DNA of 64,000 nt from Octopus sinensis (Eukaryota): the NCBI RefSeq assembly GCF_006345805.1, contig NC_042998.1, positions 175,150,001 to 175,214,000 on the forward strand, written 5' to 3'. This document shows, one piece after another, positions 1 through 11,299 of this stretch (position 1 is its first letter; the number at the start of each line of letters is the position of its first letter). A program made the translations under genes and the position numbers. The notes under the pieces are model-generated. The model was not told the DNA's origin. It ran no database searches and saw nothing but the letters and a program-made list of their open reading frames with translations.

Positions 1-381
1 ATTATCTGAATATTTCAGAATCAGTAGGTCCCTATTTTGAAAATGTTGGGGATTCTGTAATCTGTGTGTGTGTGTATGGTATGCATGTGTAGTTCTCTCA
101 CAAAAATACAAGAACTTGTCAATTATTCAAAATAAAGTCTTTTGCCTTAAAATAGCATTCATACAAGAAACACAAATGAGCTTAATGCAACCCTCGGCAA
201 CTGTAAGTTGAAGCATCCCCACTCATTTGAATTAAATTCACTGACACCATCCCAATTTGCTTCATTTCATTTGCACCCACCATAAAGAATCTACTGAAAT
301 TTGAACCAGCATTCAACAACTGCTTCCATTCTGTCCACTCCTGCAATCATAAAATTATATTTATTTCAACTAAGACTTTAA

Positions 382-603
382 CCCTTTAGCATTCAGATTA
401 CTCTGTCAAATTTCAAGGTTATTGATACTCATTATTTTGAATTAGTTATGCATTATCTTGTAGCTTTAAGAGTTTGATAGTGTGATAGTTTATTTTTAGA
501 ATGACATTGTTGTGAAGATGTGGGAGGTTAGATCTGGCTCATTTGAACTTCAACTGAATAGGATATTTTGGCTGAATATGGTTGGTTTAAATGCTAATAT
601 GGG
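382..603. mobile_element. TTAA-flanked MITE (piggyBac-type ends), family A
   Basis: TTAA 378-381 + CCCTTTAGCATT ... AATGCTAATATGGG + TTAA 604-607; internally homologous (reverse orientation) to 23092-23310 and 39329-39517. Confidence 0.8.
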
Positions 604-855
604 TTAAGTATAACCTGATAGCTTATTTGACCAATCTTATTCAACTACTAGTTGAATAAGCCATCAAACAAAACTTGGTTCCAGTCAAAATAAATTTTAT
701 AATGAATTTGACCGTACTTTCTACTTATTAGTATATGTTCTGTAGTTATTCTTATTCTTGCTATAGAATCATCACTTGAAATCAACCCACTCATGCACAC
801 ATACACACATGTCCATATAAGCAGTTGTACAATTAATTCTTTCTATTATATGTAC

Positions 856-1020
856 AGGGCTTGAAGTTTTGTGGGAGGAGGTAAGTCAATTACATCAACC
901 TCATGCTAGATTAGTACTTATTTCATCAACCCCAAAAGGATGAAAAGCAAAGTTGACCTCAGCAGAATTTGATCTCAGAACATAAAGTTGGAAGATAGTT
1001 GCACAAATACTGCAAACAAT
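856..1020 (-). mobile_element. tRNA-derived SINE (OK/Meta-type), old copy
   Basis: Contains AGTACTTATTTCATCAACCCCAAAAGGATGAAAAGCAAAGTTGACCTCAGCAGAATTTGA, homologous to the young copies at 18676 and 49725. Confidence 0.8.
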
Positions 1021-1196
1021 TCGATTAATATGCTACATTTCTCATTCCAAAATGTTGCATGATACTTTTTAAAATATTCCCATATTGAATCTCATTGCCC
1101 TCCAAAATATTGCTAAAATACACACTACACTTCACATAATATGCCTAGATTGCTGCACTACCTTCTCTTGATATACCACCACTGTCACTTCTCACA

Positions 1197-1780
1197 ATCA
1201 TCATCGTTTAACGTCCGTTTTCCATGCTAGCATGGGTTGGACGGTTCAACTGGGGTCTGGGAAGCCAGGAGGCTGCACCAGGCTCCAGTCTGGTGCTGCT
1301 ACGCCAGTCATTGGGTATGACTCCATCATGAACTACCTGGTTTACAATGCGGGTAACTAGGCCATAGCCCACACCACCATTTTAAGCATCTCAGCAGTGA
1401 TTCCTGATGGGCTGGGGGGCTTTTCCTGGCTTCATACCCTTAATTGCTTTATCTACCTGGGAGCTGTCTATTCGGATAGCTGGTCCCTCTACTGCGTCAA
1501 TATTTGGCAGGCTCTCTTCCTCCCATTCATTCTCCACATTCAGCAGTATTTCATAATGGCTTCTCCAAGCCTCTTTCTTTACAGAATCATTAAAAGCAAG
1601 TGCACCATCATCCATGCAGACATATTTCTCTTCCGTGACATCACAATTTTCTCTCACACACTGTCTTGCAATCCGAAATAGTTCAGTTCGCTGAACATTG
1701 GCAAACTTATACCTCACGTCGCTGGACATTGGCAAACTTCTTCTTTTCTGCTTCGCCCCTGGCTATGTATACCTGCCGCC
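1197..1780 (-). mobile_element. Internally deleted RTE LINE: mid-ORF fragment fused directly to the 3' tail
   Basis: Translation KEAWRSHYEILLNVENEW...KAIKGMKPGKAP...RIVNQVVHDGVIPNDW is the RTE pre-RT region; it joins at ~1290 to the RTE tail ending GGACGTTAAACGATGATGA. Confidence 0.9.
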
Positions 1781-2821
1781 CCGCACCACTACTATCCTCT
1801 AGACCAACAAGCATCATATCATAAGGTGCTCAGTGAGATTTCAGTTTGTAATCATGAAGTATGTATGTAAAACATTGCATATCCCTTCACATTACTCTTA
1901 AATATTCATTAAATAACCTTTAGTACCATACTGATGATGAGTGGCACTAGCATTCTAGATGTAAGCAAGCCAAGAAGTTACACCTGTATGAGAATAGTCA
2001 TTATCTAAATTACTAATCCTGGTAAAAGGAAATGGTGGGGGATAGTCTTGAAATTTTAATTACTATCAATTAAAAATAGAATGTGATGGAAATAGGTCTA
2101 ATCTTGAGTAGTGTGGTGCCTACTATCAATATGCTTTGTCTTATTGGACCACTTCAAGGTTTAGTAAATAAAAGGTAGGCTTCCTACAGCCTGTGAGTCA
2201 ACTCTTGCCTGCAAAGGGATTTTGACAGGCTTGTATGCAACTATTATGATTCTTATCTGGCGATAAATGATTTTTACCCTTTATTCTAAGCATTTCAAAG
2301 TGAACTTTCAAGCAACCCATGGCAGCATCAAATTCTACATTGGTCTTTTGATTGAATTAAATTATATCATTTTCTTTTTTATACTTAATTAACCTCCATT
2401 CAGTTCACCATGTTCATACTTTTTATGCTCTAATTGTTTTTTGAATGTTTTTAATAGATTCAGTAGATAACTGATTAAAACCATGTGCAATTGAATTAAG
2501 TTTTTTAATTATTATTTAGTATACTTTACAAAGCAAAAATGATTTTGTAGTATGCATCATTCATTGATTTAGTGAAAAGCATAACTAAATATACTTCAAT
2601 GAATTGGCATATTTCAAATTTTTTATACTTTTTATCAGGCCCACTTGCCATTGCTTAATATGTCATTCATCTTGCAAATGCAAAAAGGTTGCTGACCTTT
2701 TCTTGTTCAACTTTCTACAGAACTTGACTGAATAAAGAAGTAAAGAGGACTTCAGAAATATACAGAGAGTGACAGTATAAATTAAAAGAATGACTGTGAA
2801 AACATACCCAGGAATGCATAC

Positions 2822-3235
2822 CACATGACCGTGTGATTAAGAAGCTTGGTCTTGGGTTCAGTCCCACTGTGTGGCAGCTTGGGCAAGTAACTTCTGCTGT
2901 AGCCTGGGGCCAACCAAAGCTTTATGAGTAAATTTGGTTGATGAGAACTGAAAGTGGCCTATCATCTGAATATATATGTGTGTATTTATGTGTGCCCTTG
3001 TCTTGATATCATCTTGTAGTTGTAAATAAGCATCAATCTCATGCAAGTGATATTGTTTATTGTTCATTTCCAGTCTTCTATGTAAAATATGTCTGTCCAT
3101 AGGAAATATTTCCTTGCTTGGAATCGGATGAGAGTTGGTGACAGGAAGGGTATCCAGTCATAGAAAATATCTGCCTCAACAAATTCCATCTGACCCATGT
3201 AAGCATGGAGAAGTTGACATTTAATGATGATGATC
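2822..3235 (+). mobile_element. tRNA/CORE-type SINE with RTE-derived 3' tail
   Basis: Head GGGTTCAGTCCCACTG..CTTGGGCAAGT shared with 13615-14024; tail GGAAGGGTATCCAG...GACCCATGTAAGCATGG...TGATGATGAT matches the RTE tails. Confidence 0.8.
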
Positions 3236-3289
3236 TGTCCAAAATTAACTCAAGCAATTAAACAAAAGCACACATAATGCCACTTACTC

Positions 3290-3512
3290 AGTCTCCTTGG
3301 CAGATAAGTGACTGAGATCACAACATTTCCTCTGAATAGGGACACCAGTCCATTGCAGGGTTACTCATTTACAGCTGAGTGGACTGGAGCAACATGAAAT
3401 GAAGTGTCTTGCTTAAGAATACAATGTACCACCTGGTCCAGGAATCAAAACTTGAATCTTGTGATCATGTATGCATCACCCTAACCCCTAGGCCACAAGT
3501 CTTCACTCCACC
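3290..3512 (-). mobile_element. tRNA-derived V-domain-type SINE, old copy
   Basis: Minus strand TGGCCTAGGGGTTAG head and GTAAATGAGTAACCCTGCAATGGACTGGTGTCCC; homologous to 20555-20748. Confidence 0.7.
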
Positions 3513-3834
3513 ATATTCAACACATTTAATTTCTATGGCTCAGTGTGGTTTGTCATAGTAGTAGTAGGTAGCAAATTGGCAGAGTCATTAGTGTATCAAG
3601 CAGAATACCTCACAGTCTTTGTTCTGACTTGCTGCACCATAAGTTCAATTCCCATTATGGTCATCATTTCTTATGTTCCTTTGAATGGAAAAAGTACCAA
3701 GCTGGGGTAGTGGATTGGCTGGGCTGTAAGAACATCATAGGATGCTTTCTGGTATTCTTTCCCTGCTCTTTGCATTCTGAGTTTAGATTCCACTGTGGCC
3801 TACTTGGCTTCAGTCAGTAGACTCATTCTCTCAC

Positions 3835-3921
3835 CAGGTTTAACATTACCACATGACTCTTTGCATGTCTTAGCAGAGTCCACTCTTTTGCAAGCATTTG
3901 GGCCAGATTTCCAGTTTGAAA
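3835..3921 (-). CDS. Candidate 87-nt symmetric (phase 1-1) exon, (V)SNWKSGPNACKRVDSAKTCKESCGNVKP(G); product unknown
   Basis: Pyrimidine tract CCTCCTTTTCTCTCACTAG acceptor, CTG/GTGAGA donor, open frame, not recognisably repetitive; no homology recognised. Confidence 0.25.
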
Positions 3922-5347
3922 CTAGTGAGAGAAAAGGAGGAAGTATCTTCAGAGGCCCTTTAAAGGGTTATGAGTACTGCCTTTTCTCCTACTAAAACAT
4001 AAAAATAAAATGTAGTCACTATTTTACTGTGGTGATGTGGGGTGCAGTGTAACTCCAATATGTTTCTACTGAAGCAGAGTTATAATATTTAGCAACTGAT
4101 TGGCCTTCCAATCCAACACATTATAAGTACCATGATTCAATTCTCTGTTGCTTTTTTCTAATGAGGTACAGGAAGAAGTTCTGCATGTGTGTAAGAGAAA
4201 GAGAGAGAGTGTTCATGGTCAGTTTATTTCATTTTCCCGTAAAAAAAAGAAACAAAAACAGCATTTCAAATATCTTTAGTATGTGCGTGTTTGAATGTGT
4301 GCATATCAAGTGTGTGAGTTTAAAAAGAAAAAAGGAAGAAAGAAAGAGTTCGTGTAAACAGAAAGAGAAGTTTGGTAGAGGACAAAGTGGGTAGAGAGAG
4401 AAAGAGAAATGGTCATGATTTAAAATCACTCAATACTCCTTCAATCATGATGACGGAAATGAAAATAGTAATAAAAATAGGTATGAACATCAAAGAGATA
4501 TATGATACGTTATAAACTGACATGACTTACGTATCGATCACGTCTCTCTCTATTCTAGAATAACCAAATTCTACTACTGATTACCTCAAATGTAATGAAT
4601 CAAATCTGGGACATTTGATGTACATACATCATGATGGCTTTTTGTCTGTATTTAATGTATATCTAGCTGATGTTGCACATTTAGAGCAAGAAATAAGCTT
4701 CCGGTGAATGAACGTCATACGCTCCAATCCTAGAAGGATACCATTTCACTTCACTAGTGATATTAATGTTGTTAGGTATGACATCAATCTGTGTTTCTTG
4801 TATAGATGTGTGTGAAGACTGAAAAAGGAACAGACATATGGCCATGTTTATTAAAATTAAGATGGTTTTCAACTTTATGAACTTGTCCAACATTATGGCT
4901 AAAATAAAATAATTATATGGATATATATATATAGATATAAGATAAGAAAATGGAGAAATACATCTAAATCAAATATCAATTACCAGATAATACTCAATCA
5001 CATACTTTATTAAACCACCACATAAGAGACTGTAGGGTTAAATATAAAAAGCAGAACAAATCAGTGTACATAAAGGAATGTACATAAAAAAGTGTACATA
5101 AAAGAGTAATGTTGTATAATAATTAGAATATATATAAAAGAGAATATAAATATAAGTATAGATTACATCTTACAGATATGTTATCCCATAGAGGGTTGCA
5201 TTTACAACCCCTCTCTCAATTTGTATATATAGATATATATATACTCTATTTTGTCTTAGTGTTTGTCATTTTGAGAACCAAAGCTGTGATTATCACAACT
5301 TCCTGTTTTTCTCTCTTCAAAAATATTGGTGTGTGTGTGTGTTTGTG

Positions 5348-5699
5348 CAGGCATGGCTATGTGATTCAGAAGCTCATTTTGCAACCACAGAGGTCAGGTT
5401 CAGTCCCAATACACAGCACTTGGGCCAACCAATCCCTTGTGAACGAATCTGGTAAATGGAAACTTTAGAAACACGCTGTGTGTGTGTGTTTTCTTCCTCA
5501 CACCATCACCACTTGTCAACCATTGTTGGTTTGTGTATGGCCCTATGACTTAGCATTTTGGTGAAAGAAACTGATAGAATAAGCACCAAACTTTAAAAAA
5601 ATATAAACAAGCATCGGGGTTGATTTGTTCAATGAAACCCTTTAAAGCGGTGCCTAAGCATGGCCACATCCAGTGGCTGAAACAAGTAAAAGATAAAGA
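5348..5699 (+). mobile_element. tRNA/CORE-type SINE with internal (TG)n and AAACAAGTAAAAG tail
   Basis: Homologous along its length to 13615-14024. Confidence 0.8.
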
Positions 5700-5844
5700 C
5701 AGCCATAACAATTAAGCAAAAGATTCGAACTAATATATATCTTACTAATTACGGTCAATTTTTTTTTCTATTTTTTTTTTTACCTCAGTTCTTTCTTGCA
5801 ATAAGTATAATTAGAAAAATGATTTCTAACAGTGGACAGCAGGA

Positions 5845-6007
5845 GAACGCAGTTGAGTAAACTGATTCCCAGTATCTTCTTTATTGACCTTAGGAAGAAT
5901 GAAGGGAGAAATGAACCTCAGCATGTAAAAAGAGAAGGAAATACTGCAAAGCATTTTTTGTAAGGCACCCTACCAACTCCATCATACACCAAATACTACT
6001 ATTATTA

Positions 6008-6038
<31 letters not shown>

Positions 6039-6178
6039 GTGATTTGAAATTTTGGCTCAAGGCCAGCCATTTTGGGGGAGTAGGTTATTGATTACATTGA
6101 CCTCAGTGCTCAACTGCTACTTATTTTATTGATTCTGAAAAGATGAAAGGCAAATTTGAACTTAGCAGAATTTGAATA

Positions 6179-6218
<40 letters not shown>

Positions 6219-6720
6219 GTGATGATTTCTTATATTTGTCATCATGACAAATTTCTAACTTAGGCACAAAGCCAACAGCTTGCACTGGGGGAGAGATAGT
6301 CTATACCATTGACCCCACTACTTGTTGGTACTTAACTTTATTAGCCCTCAGAAGGATGAAAGACAAAGTTAATTTTGAAATAATTGTTTCTAATTTAAGC
6401 ACAGGGCTATCATTGTATATCAATCCTGGTACTTGACTGGTACTCTATTTCATCAACCCTGAATGGATGAAAGGCAAAGTTGATCTTGACATGGTTTAAA
6501 CTCAAAACACAACTAAAAAGTCAAATACCAAATAATGATGATAATGCCAAAAACACTTTCTAAATAACCACTGGGCCTCAAAATTAGGAGTAAACTATCC
6601 CTAATGTTTAACATATTTTATCTTCTGAAGAATGAAAAGTGAAGTTGATCCTGGTGGAATTTGAACTCAGAATGTAAGTGGACCCAACTAAATATGACAA
6701 GGCATTTTGTCCACTTCATT
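5845..6720 (-). mobile_element. Cluster of about five degenerate OK/Meta-type SINE fragments interleaved with (AAT)n
   Basis: Repeated GGATGAAAGGCAAAGTTGA..GAATTTGAAC motif near 5895, 6140, 6355, 6465, 6630. Confidence 0.75.
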
Positions 6721-7028
6721 TTGTCATGCACCAATTAATAATGTAATTATAATAATTTCTGTCTGTCTGTCACATGAGTAACAGTGAAACAGGCCTACAA
6801 TGAAATAACAAAGGTGTTTGGAAACGTGTGTGTGTGTGTGTTTGTGCACGTGTCTGTGAAAGAGAGTAGATGGTGCTGATTACCTTCCTGTTGGTCCATA
6901 TGGAGCAGCCCTGTAATCAAAAGCCATATCTACCCCATCTCTTTTATATGTCTAGGACTACATTGTCTTCTGTGTGTGTGTGTTGTGTGTGCATGCGTGC
7001 TTAAAAAATACTATAAGGCATGATTTAA

Positions 7029-7203
7029 CCCTTTTGACAGCAACCTGCCTGAGACTGCCTCAGGTTCTATGATACAAACTTCCAGTTTTAAAGTGATCTA
7101 AATTAAACCATCCATCGAAATTCCCTGCTAAGTAATGTTCTAAACACTAACTTGATAATGAGAGTTACTTCACTGAATTCTTCATTATTTTCAAAATTAT
7201 TTT
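7029..7203. mobile_element. Partial TTAA-type MITE, family B
   Basis: TTAA + CCCTTTTGACAG start; internal similarity to 37716-37935; right TIR missing. Confidence 0.55.
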
Positions 7204-7207
7204 AAGC

Positions 7208-7270
7208 CAGTGGTTTCCAACCTGGGTTCCCCAAAGGTAGTACTGTGGTCCGTGAACTAAATTCAAAATT
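7208..7270. mobile_element. Possible hAT-type terminus
   Basis: CAGTGGTTTCCAACCTG resembles hAT/Charlie-type TIR starts; no partner TIR found. Confidence 0.4.
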
Positions 7271-7274
7271 TCAT

Positions 7275-7300
7275 GTATATATATTTTCATATATATATAT

Positions 7301-7342
<42 letters not shown>

Positions 7343-7394
7343 TATAGATATATATATATATTGCGTGTGTATATATATATATACACACACACAC
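7275..7394. repeat. (TA)n microsatellite with interruptions
   Basis: Seen directly. Confidence 0.95.
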
Positions 7395-7397
7395 TAT

Positions 7398-7572
7398 ATA
7401 TAGGGAAAGTTTACGAAAAAAACAAAAGACGAAAACAGGTGGTGTACAAAACAAACAGATGTATTAGTATAACGCTCAGGAATAGAAAAATTCTTTTACG
7501 TTTCGAGCCTACGCTCTTCTACAGAAAGGGACACAGAAAAAACAAGGAGAGAAAAAAATGTGTGTAGTGGCT
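7398..7572 (-). mobile_element. Short Penelope-terminal-repeat-like element carrying a hammerhead core
   Basis: Non-AT-repeat insert between TA runs containing CTGTAGAAGAGCGTAGGCTCGAAACGT on the minus strand. Confidence 0.7.
7493..7528 (-). ncRNA. Minimal type I hammerhead ribozyme motif (A6U core variant)
   Basis: CUUU-CUGUAGA-A-GAGC(GUAG)GCUC-GAAA-CG-UA-AAAG: stem I CUUU/AAAG, stem II GAGC/GCUC, palindromic ACGU stem III, predicted cleavage after A7497. Confidence 0.65.
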
Positions 7573-7964
7573 AATATATACACATATAAGGATAAGCTTA
7601 CTAAAAGGGGTCTGTGGGAAAACTCATTTAAACAAAAAGGGTTGGGAATGATGGTTTTAAGCAAATGGGGTTTTTCAGCAGAAGTATGGTAAAAAAAGAT
7701 TAAGGAAAATTTGGCTACTATTTCTCACAGTTTGAATGTAAGTGTTATTGTTACTGATAAAGTTGTAGTAAATAGGATTTTAATTATTTTTGTTAATATA
7801 AATTTCCATTAAGTTTTGTCAAGGTTACACTTTCAAACATCAATTGTGCTATTGAAACTCTACAGCAATATTCTCTAGTTCCTCCTCTTTAATGTTCATT
7901 TAATTCTCCATGTGCGTCTTGATTTTCTTAGCTCAAGAATGCTTATTGTGGATTGTTGTTATTT

Positions 7965-8231
7965 ACAGTTCTATATTTAAGACATGAGGAATTATGTACA
8001 TTATTTACATTTGATGGATATTTGTCCTCATCTTACTTGTTGTTAATACAGCTTTTTGGCTGATATACCCTCCTGCCTTCGTCAGGTGTCTTGGGGAAAT
8101 TTTTAACCTGGGTTCTCATTCTTAAGGTATTTTTTGATGTTGTTATTATTATTATTAAGGTCACTGCCTGGAATCGAACTCAGAATCTTGGAGTTAGTAG
8201 CCCATGCTCTTAACCACTATGCCATATACCC
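7965..8231 (-). mobile_element. tRNA-headed SINE-like element with a degenerate hammerhead / PLE-type 3' part
   Basis: A box TGGCATAGTGG and B box GAGTTCGATTCC (8159-8231), (AAT)n linker, then GACAC-CTGACGA-AGGCAG..CAGCC-AAAA (8045-8090). Confidence 0.75.
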
Positions 8232-8377
8232 ATGGCATATAACGATGCTATTTAGTCAGATTACAGATTAAAATTGATTTGCTGATCTGCGATCAACTAA
8301 AGGGCTTTTAATTATGGCCATTTTATCCTTTTCTCAGGTGTTACTTAATTTGGACTGTTTCAAGAGGATTGTATGTA

Positions 8378-9500
8378 TTGGGTCATCCTATAAATAATGC
8401 AGTTTTTTCAATTGCATGAACTAAAAGTCGGGGGTGGGGGCAGAATAAGCTACCCACATCAACTTGCTATGGGCTGCGGGGTCACTCCGAAAAGTTCTAT
8501 CTACAACGATTTCATCTCAATCAGAGGAGAGGGGCTTTCTCCATCCGGGTTGCGGATCCGTGGAATAAGCTGCCGAACGAGATAGTGAAGATGCCGACGA
8601 CCGCTTGGTTCAAAGTCTCTCTTGACCAGAAATGGCCTGAACTCTTTGTATGACCACCCTCCCTGTACATAACTCCCTGTCCCCTACATGGCCTTGCTTT
8701 TGCTTTATGAGCCAATAAAAACTGAATTGAATCGGAAAAAAAGCAGGTAGTAATCTTACCTTGTACTTATTCTTAGTGCAAGTTTTGAAGAGTGCAGTTT
8801 GTTTTTAAGTTATTTTTGCAAAGCTATAATGGAAGTGACAAAGGAACATATTCAGCATATTTTGCTTTATGAGTTCAATAAGGCAGCAATACAATGGAAA
8901 GTATGCAGAATATTAATGCAGTATATAGGGGTTGGACAATAAGCACAAGCCAGTGTCAATGGTGGTTCCAGAAATTCTGAGCTGGAACCTACAGCCTAGT
9001 GGACGAGCCTCGTCCTGAAATTTCTGTAGAGCTCGACAAGGACATCCTGCAAACTGTTGAGGTGCTAGCGAGCGGCTTAAGTCAGCACTAGAAGAAAAAC
9101 AACCATCTTTGGATTCAAGACGAAAGGTGTTTTTCCATCAAGATAATGCTTAGCCATATATAACGAGGATGACATTCCAAAGGGTGGAGCAGTTTGAATG
9201 GGAAATGATGCCCATCCATCATATTCACCAAACATTGCCCCATCCAATAATCATTTATTCCGCAGTCTTCAAAATCATTTGGACGTAAAAATTATGAATT
9301 CTGTAGATGAGGTCAGAACAGTACTGAGGAGTATCTTTCATTACGGACAAGTGAATTTTGGAAGAGGAGCCTTGCAAGTCTGCCAGTAGATGGAAGTACA
9401 TTATAGAAAATGAAGGAGAGTATATTTTGGATTTTAAAAAAACTCTGTTTATCTTAATTTTGAAAAAAAAAAAGTATTAAAAAAACTGCATTAGTTATTG
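8378..9500 (+). mobile_element. Internally deleted, decayed mariner (Tc1/mariner) transposon
   Basis: ATG 8829 MEVTKEHIQHILLYEFNK...QCQWWFQKF (mariner HTH); C-terminal HQDNA and YSPNIAPSNNHLFRSLQNHL (YSPDLAP motif); left TIR TA+TTGGGTCATCC..ATAATGCAGTTTTTT partly matches AAAAAACTGCATTA near 9480. Confidence 0.9.
8432..8731 (+). mobile_element. 5'-truncated CR1 LINE 3' end nested in the mariner
   Basis: LRGHSEKF...RRGAFSIRVADPWNKLPNEIVKM..FKVSLDQKW; near-identical to 15714-15970; candidate TSD TCGG at 8428-8431 and 8732-8735. Confidence 0.9.
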
Positions 9501-10221
9501 AAGGATATTTAGTTCCTTTCTCTAGAACATTTCAAGCAATGATGTAGAAGCTCTCTCATTACTTCAGTGCCATTGTCTGTCAGCTGATTTTTGGAAGACC
9601 AACAAATATTCAAGTTTATGTGTAAAGAAGGCTATTATTTTTTTCATAAAAACTTGACTGAATTCTGCTTGTTTATCCTGTTAATTTATGAACGGTAACA
9701 TTTATCTTATGACTAAAAGTGGCTTCCACACAGTCTTTCTGTGTCATGTCTCTATAATTTTTATGGAGATTTTTGCAAGCAGAAAGACTGTCAAAGTAAT
9801 TTTGGTTCAAAGAATAAATTCTCTCCACAGTAGATGAAGCAGTGAGCTAAACATGAAAAATAAAGTGTTGCACTTGTAATGGCTTCATGCACGACCTTCA
9901 ACTTTTGACACGTATCAGTCACATAGCAGTTGACATCAAACATACATATAAAGGGATTTAACCCGTTCACACATGTAGGTGGAAAAAAAAAGGACTTGGT
10001 ACATGTAATAGTTTATTTATTCATTGGAATAAATCTCTGCTCAATTTTTTTGTCATAGTTTATCCTTTAGGCACAAAAGATAAAAAAAGATATTTCTAAT
10101 TTGGTCTTAGATTTGATATACTATACGAAGTTAAAACAGAAATATCACACACACACATGCACGTGCACATGGAAAGAGTTGAAGTGTATCTAAAATATTT
10201 TAATTTATTTATATCTCTATA

Positions 10222-10619
10222 TCTTTATATATAAAAGTTAGGTTGTGTGTCTGTCTCCTATGATTTAGATTCCTAACTACTCCCACATTTTGCAGTGCAG
10301 TTTAACCAAAACCGGGTATCTTATAGTCCTGATTCATATCAAGCCCTTCTGGGTATTAGCGCGCGTCTATGATGAGTCTATGATTTTAAAAATAATTTAC
10401 CATTATTTTTTTTCCATTTTACTGCATTTTTTCGTTATTATATAAGGGAAGTAACTCTCTAAAAATGTCTACAATGAGTCAACGATTTTTTAAAAAATTT
10501 ACCATCATTTTTTTCCCATTTTTAATGCATTTTTTTGCTATTTTTTGGCTATAACTCTCTAAAATTGCTTTATAGTTATTTCCCTTACAAACCCGAGCAA
10601 CGCCGGGCGATACTGCTAG
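10222..10619 (+). mobile_element. Non-autonomous Helitron (398 bp)
   Basis: A|TCTTTATATATAAAAG start, subterminal hairpin CCCGAGCAACGCCGGG, CTAG|T end. Confidence 0.85.
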
Positions 10620-11299
10620 TTGTCTCTAAATGCTTGGTTCTGTGAAACAGTGCTGGTGTATCTGTTCTGTATTTATTTTATTCTAATCGTTATAGATTTT
10701 TGTTTGAATAAATGGAGAAAATAGTCACTGAAATCCTATTCTAAATAATTTTCTGAGTGTATATATATAATGTGTGTGTATGAGGTGAAATGAAAAGAAA
10801 AACTCTGAAAAAGGAAGAGGGGAAAAAACAGGATCATGTCTTGCTGTAATTACAGTATTGTGTGGCTGCCTGTATCATATTTAACTATGGCATAATAACT
10901 AAAGTACTGTGTACCTTTATTATTTAGCATTGGCACAATAACTATAGTTCTGTATCTCATTATGTGTGATGTAATAACCATATAGGCATCTCCTGCATTA
11001 TGGAAAGTTGTGGTCCTAGAAGTTTTTGTTGCAATGTGGAGTTTTTTAACATGGAATCTATTTTACCATTAACTTTTATGTCGTATGGAAGTCCATGAAC
11101 ATGCAATTCAATGAGAAAATATTGTGTTTTGCATTATAGAATTTCACATTACGGCAGTATATGGGGTAGTCATGTAGCTCTTCCATGGCAAGTCACCTGT
11201 ATCTGTCTCTCTATTGTACTCTAGCTTTCAACCCCCTCTCTCAAATACTCCCCACTCACTTAGCAATGAAAGCTCTTTTTCTCCTCTGTTGTGTGTGTG

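Noticed and set aside
4481-4558. Textbook-looking short plus-strand intron (GTATGA..CTGAC..TCTCTCTCTATTCTAG)
   Set aside because: Splicing gives a stop within a few codons in each usable frame; could only be a UTR intron and is unsupported
4681-4893. 70-aa minus ORF with a hydrophobic N-terminus resembling a signal anchor
   Set aside because: No in-frame splice donor before the stop and no recognisable homology; short ORFs like this are expected by chance
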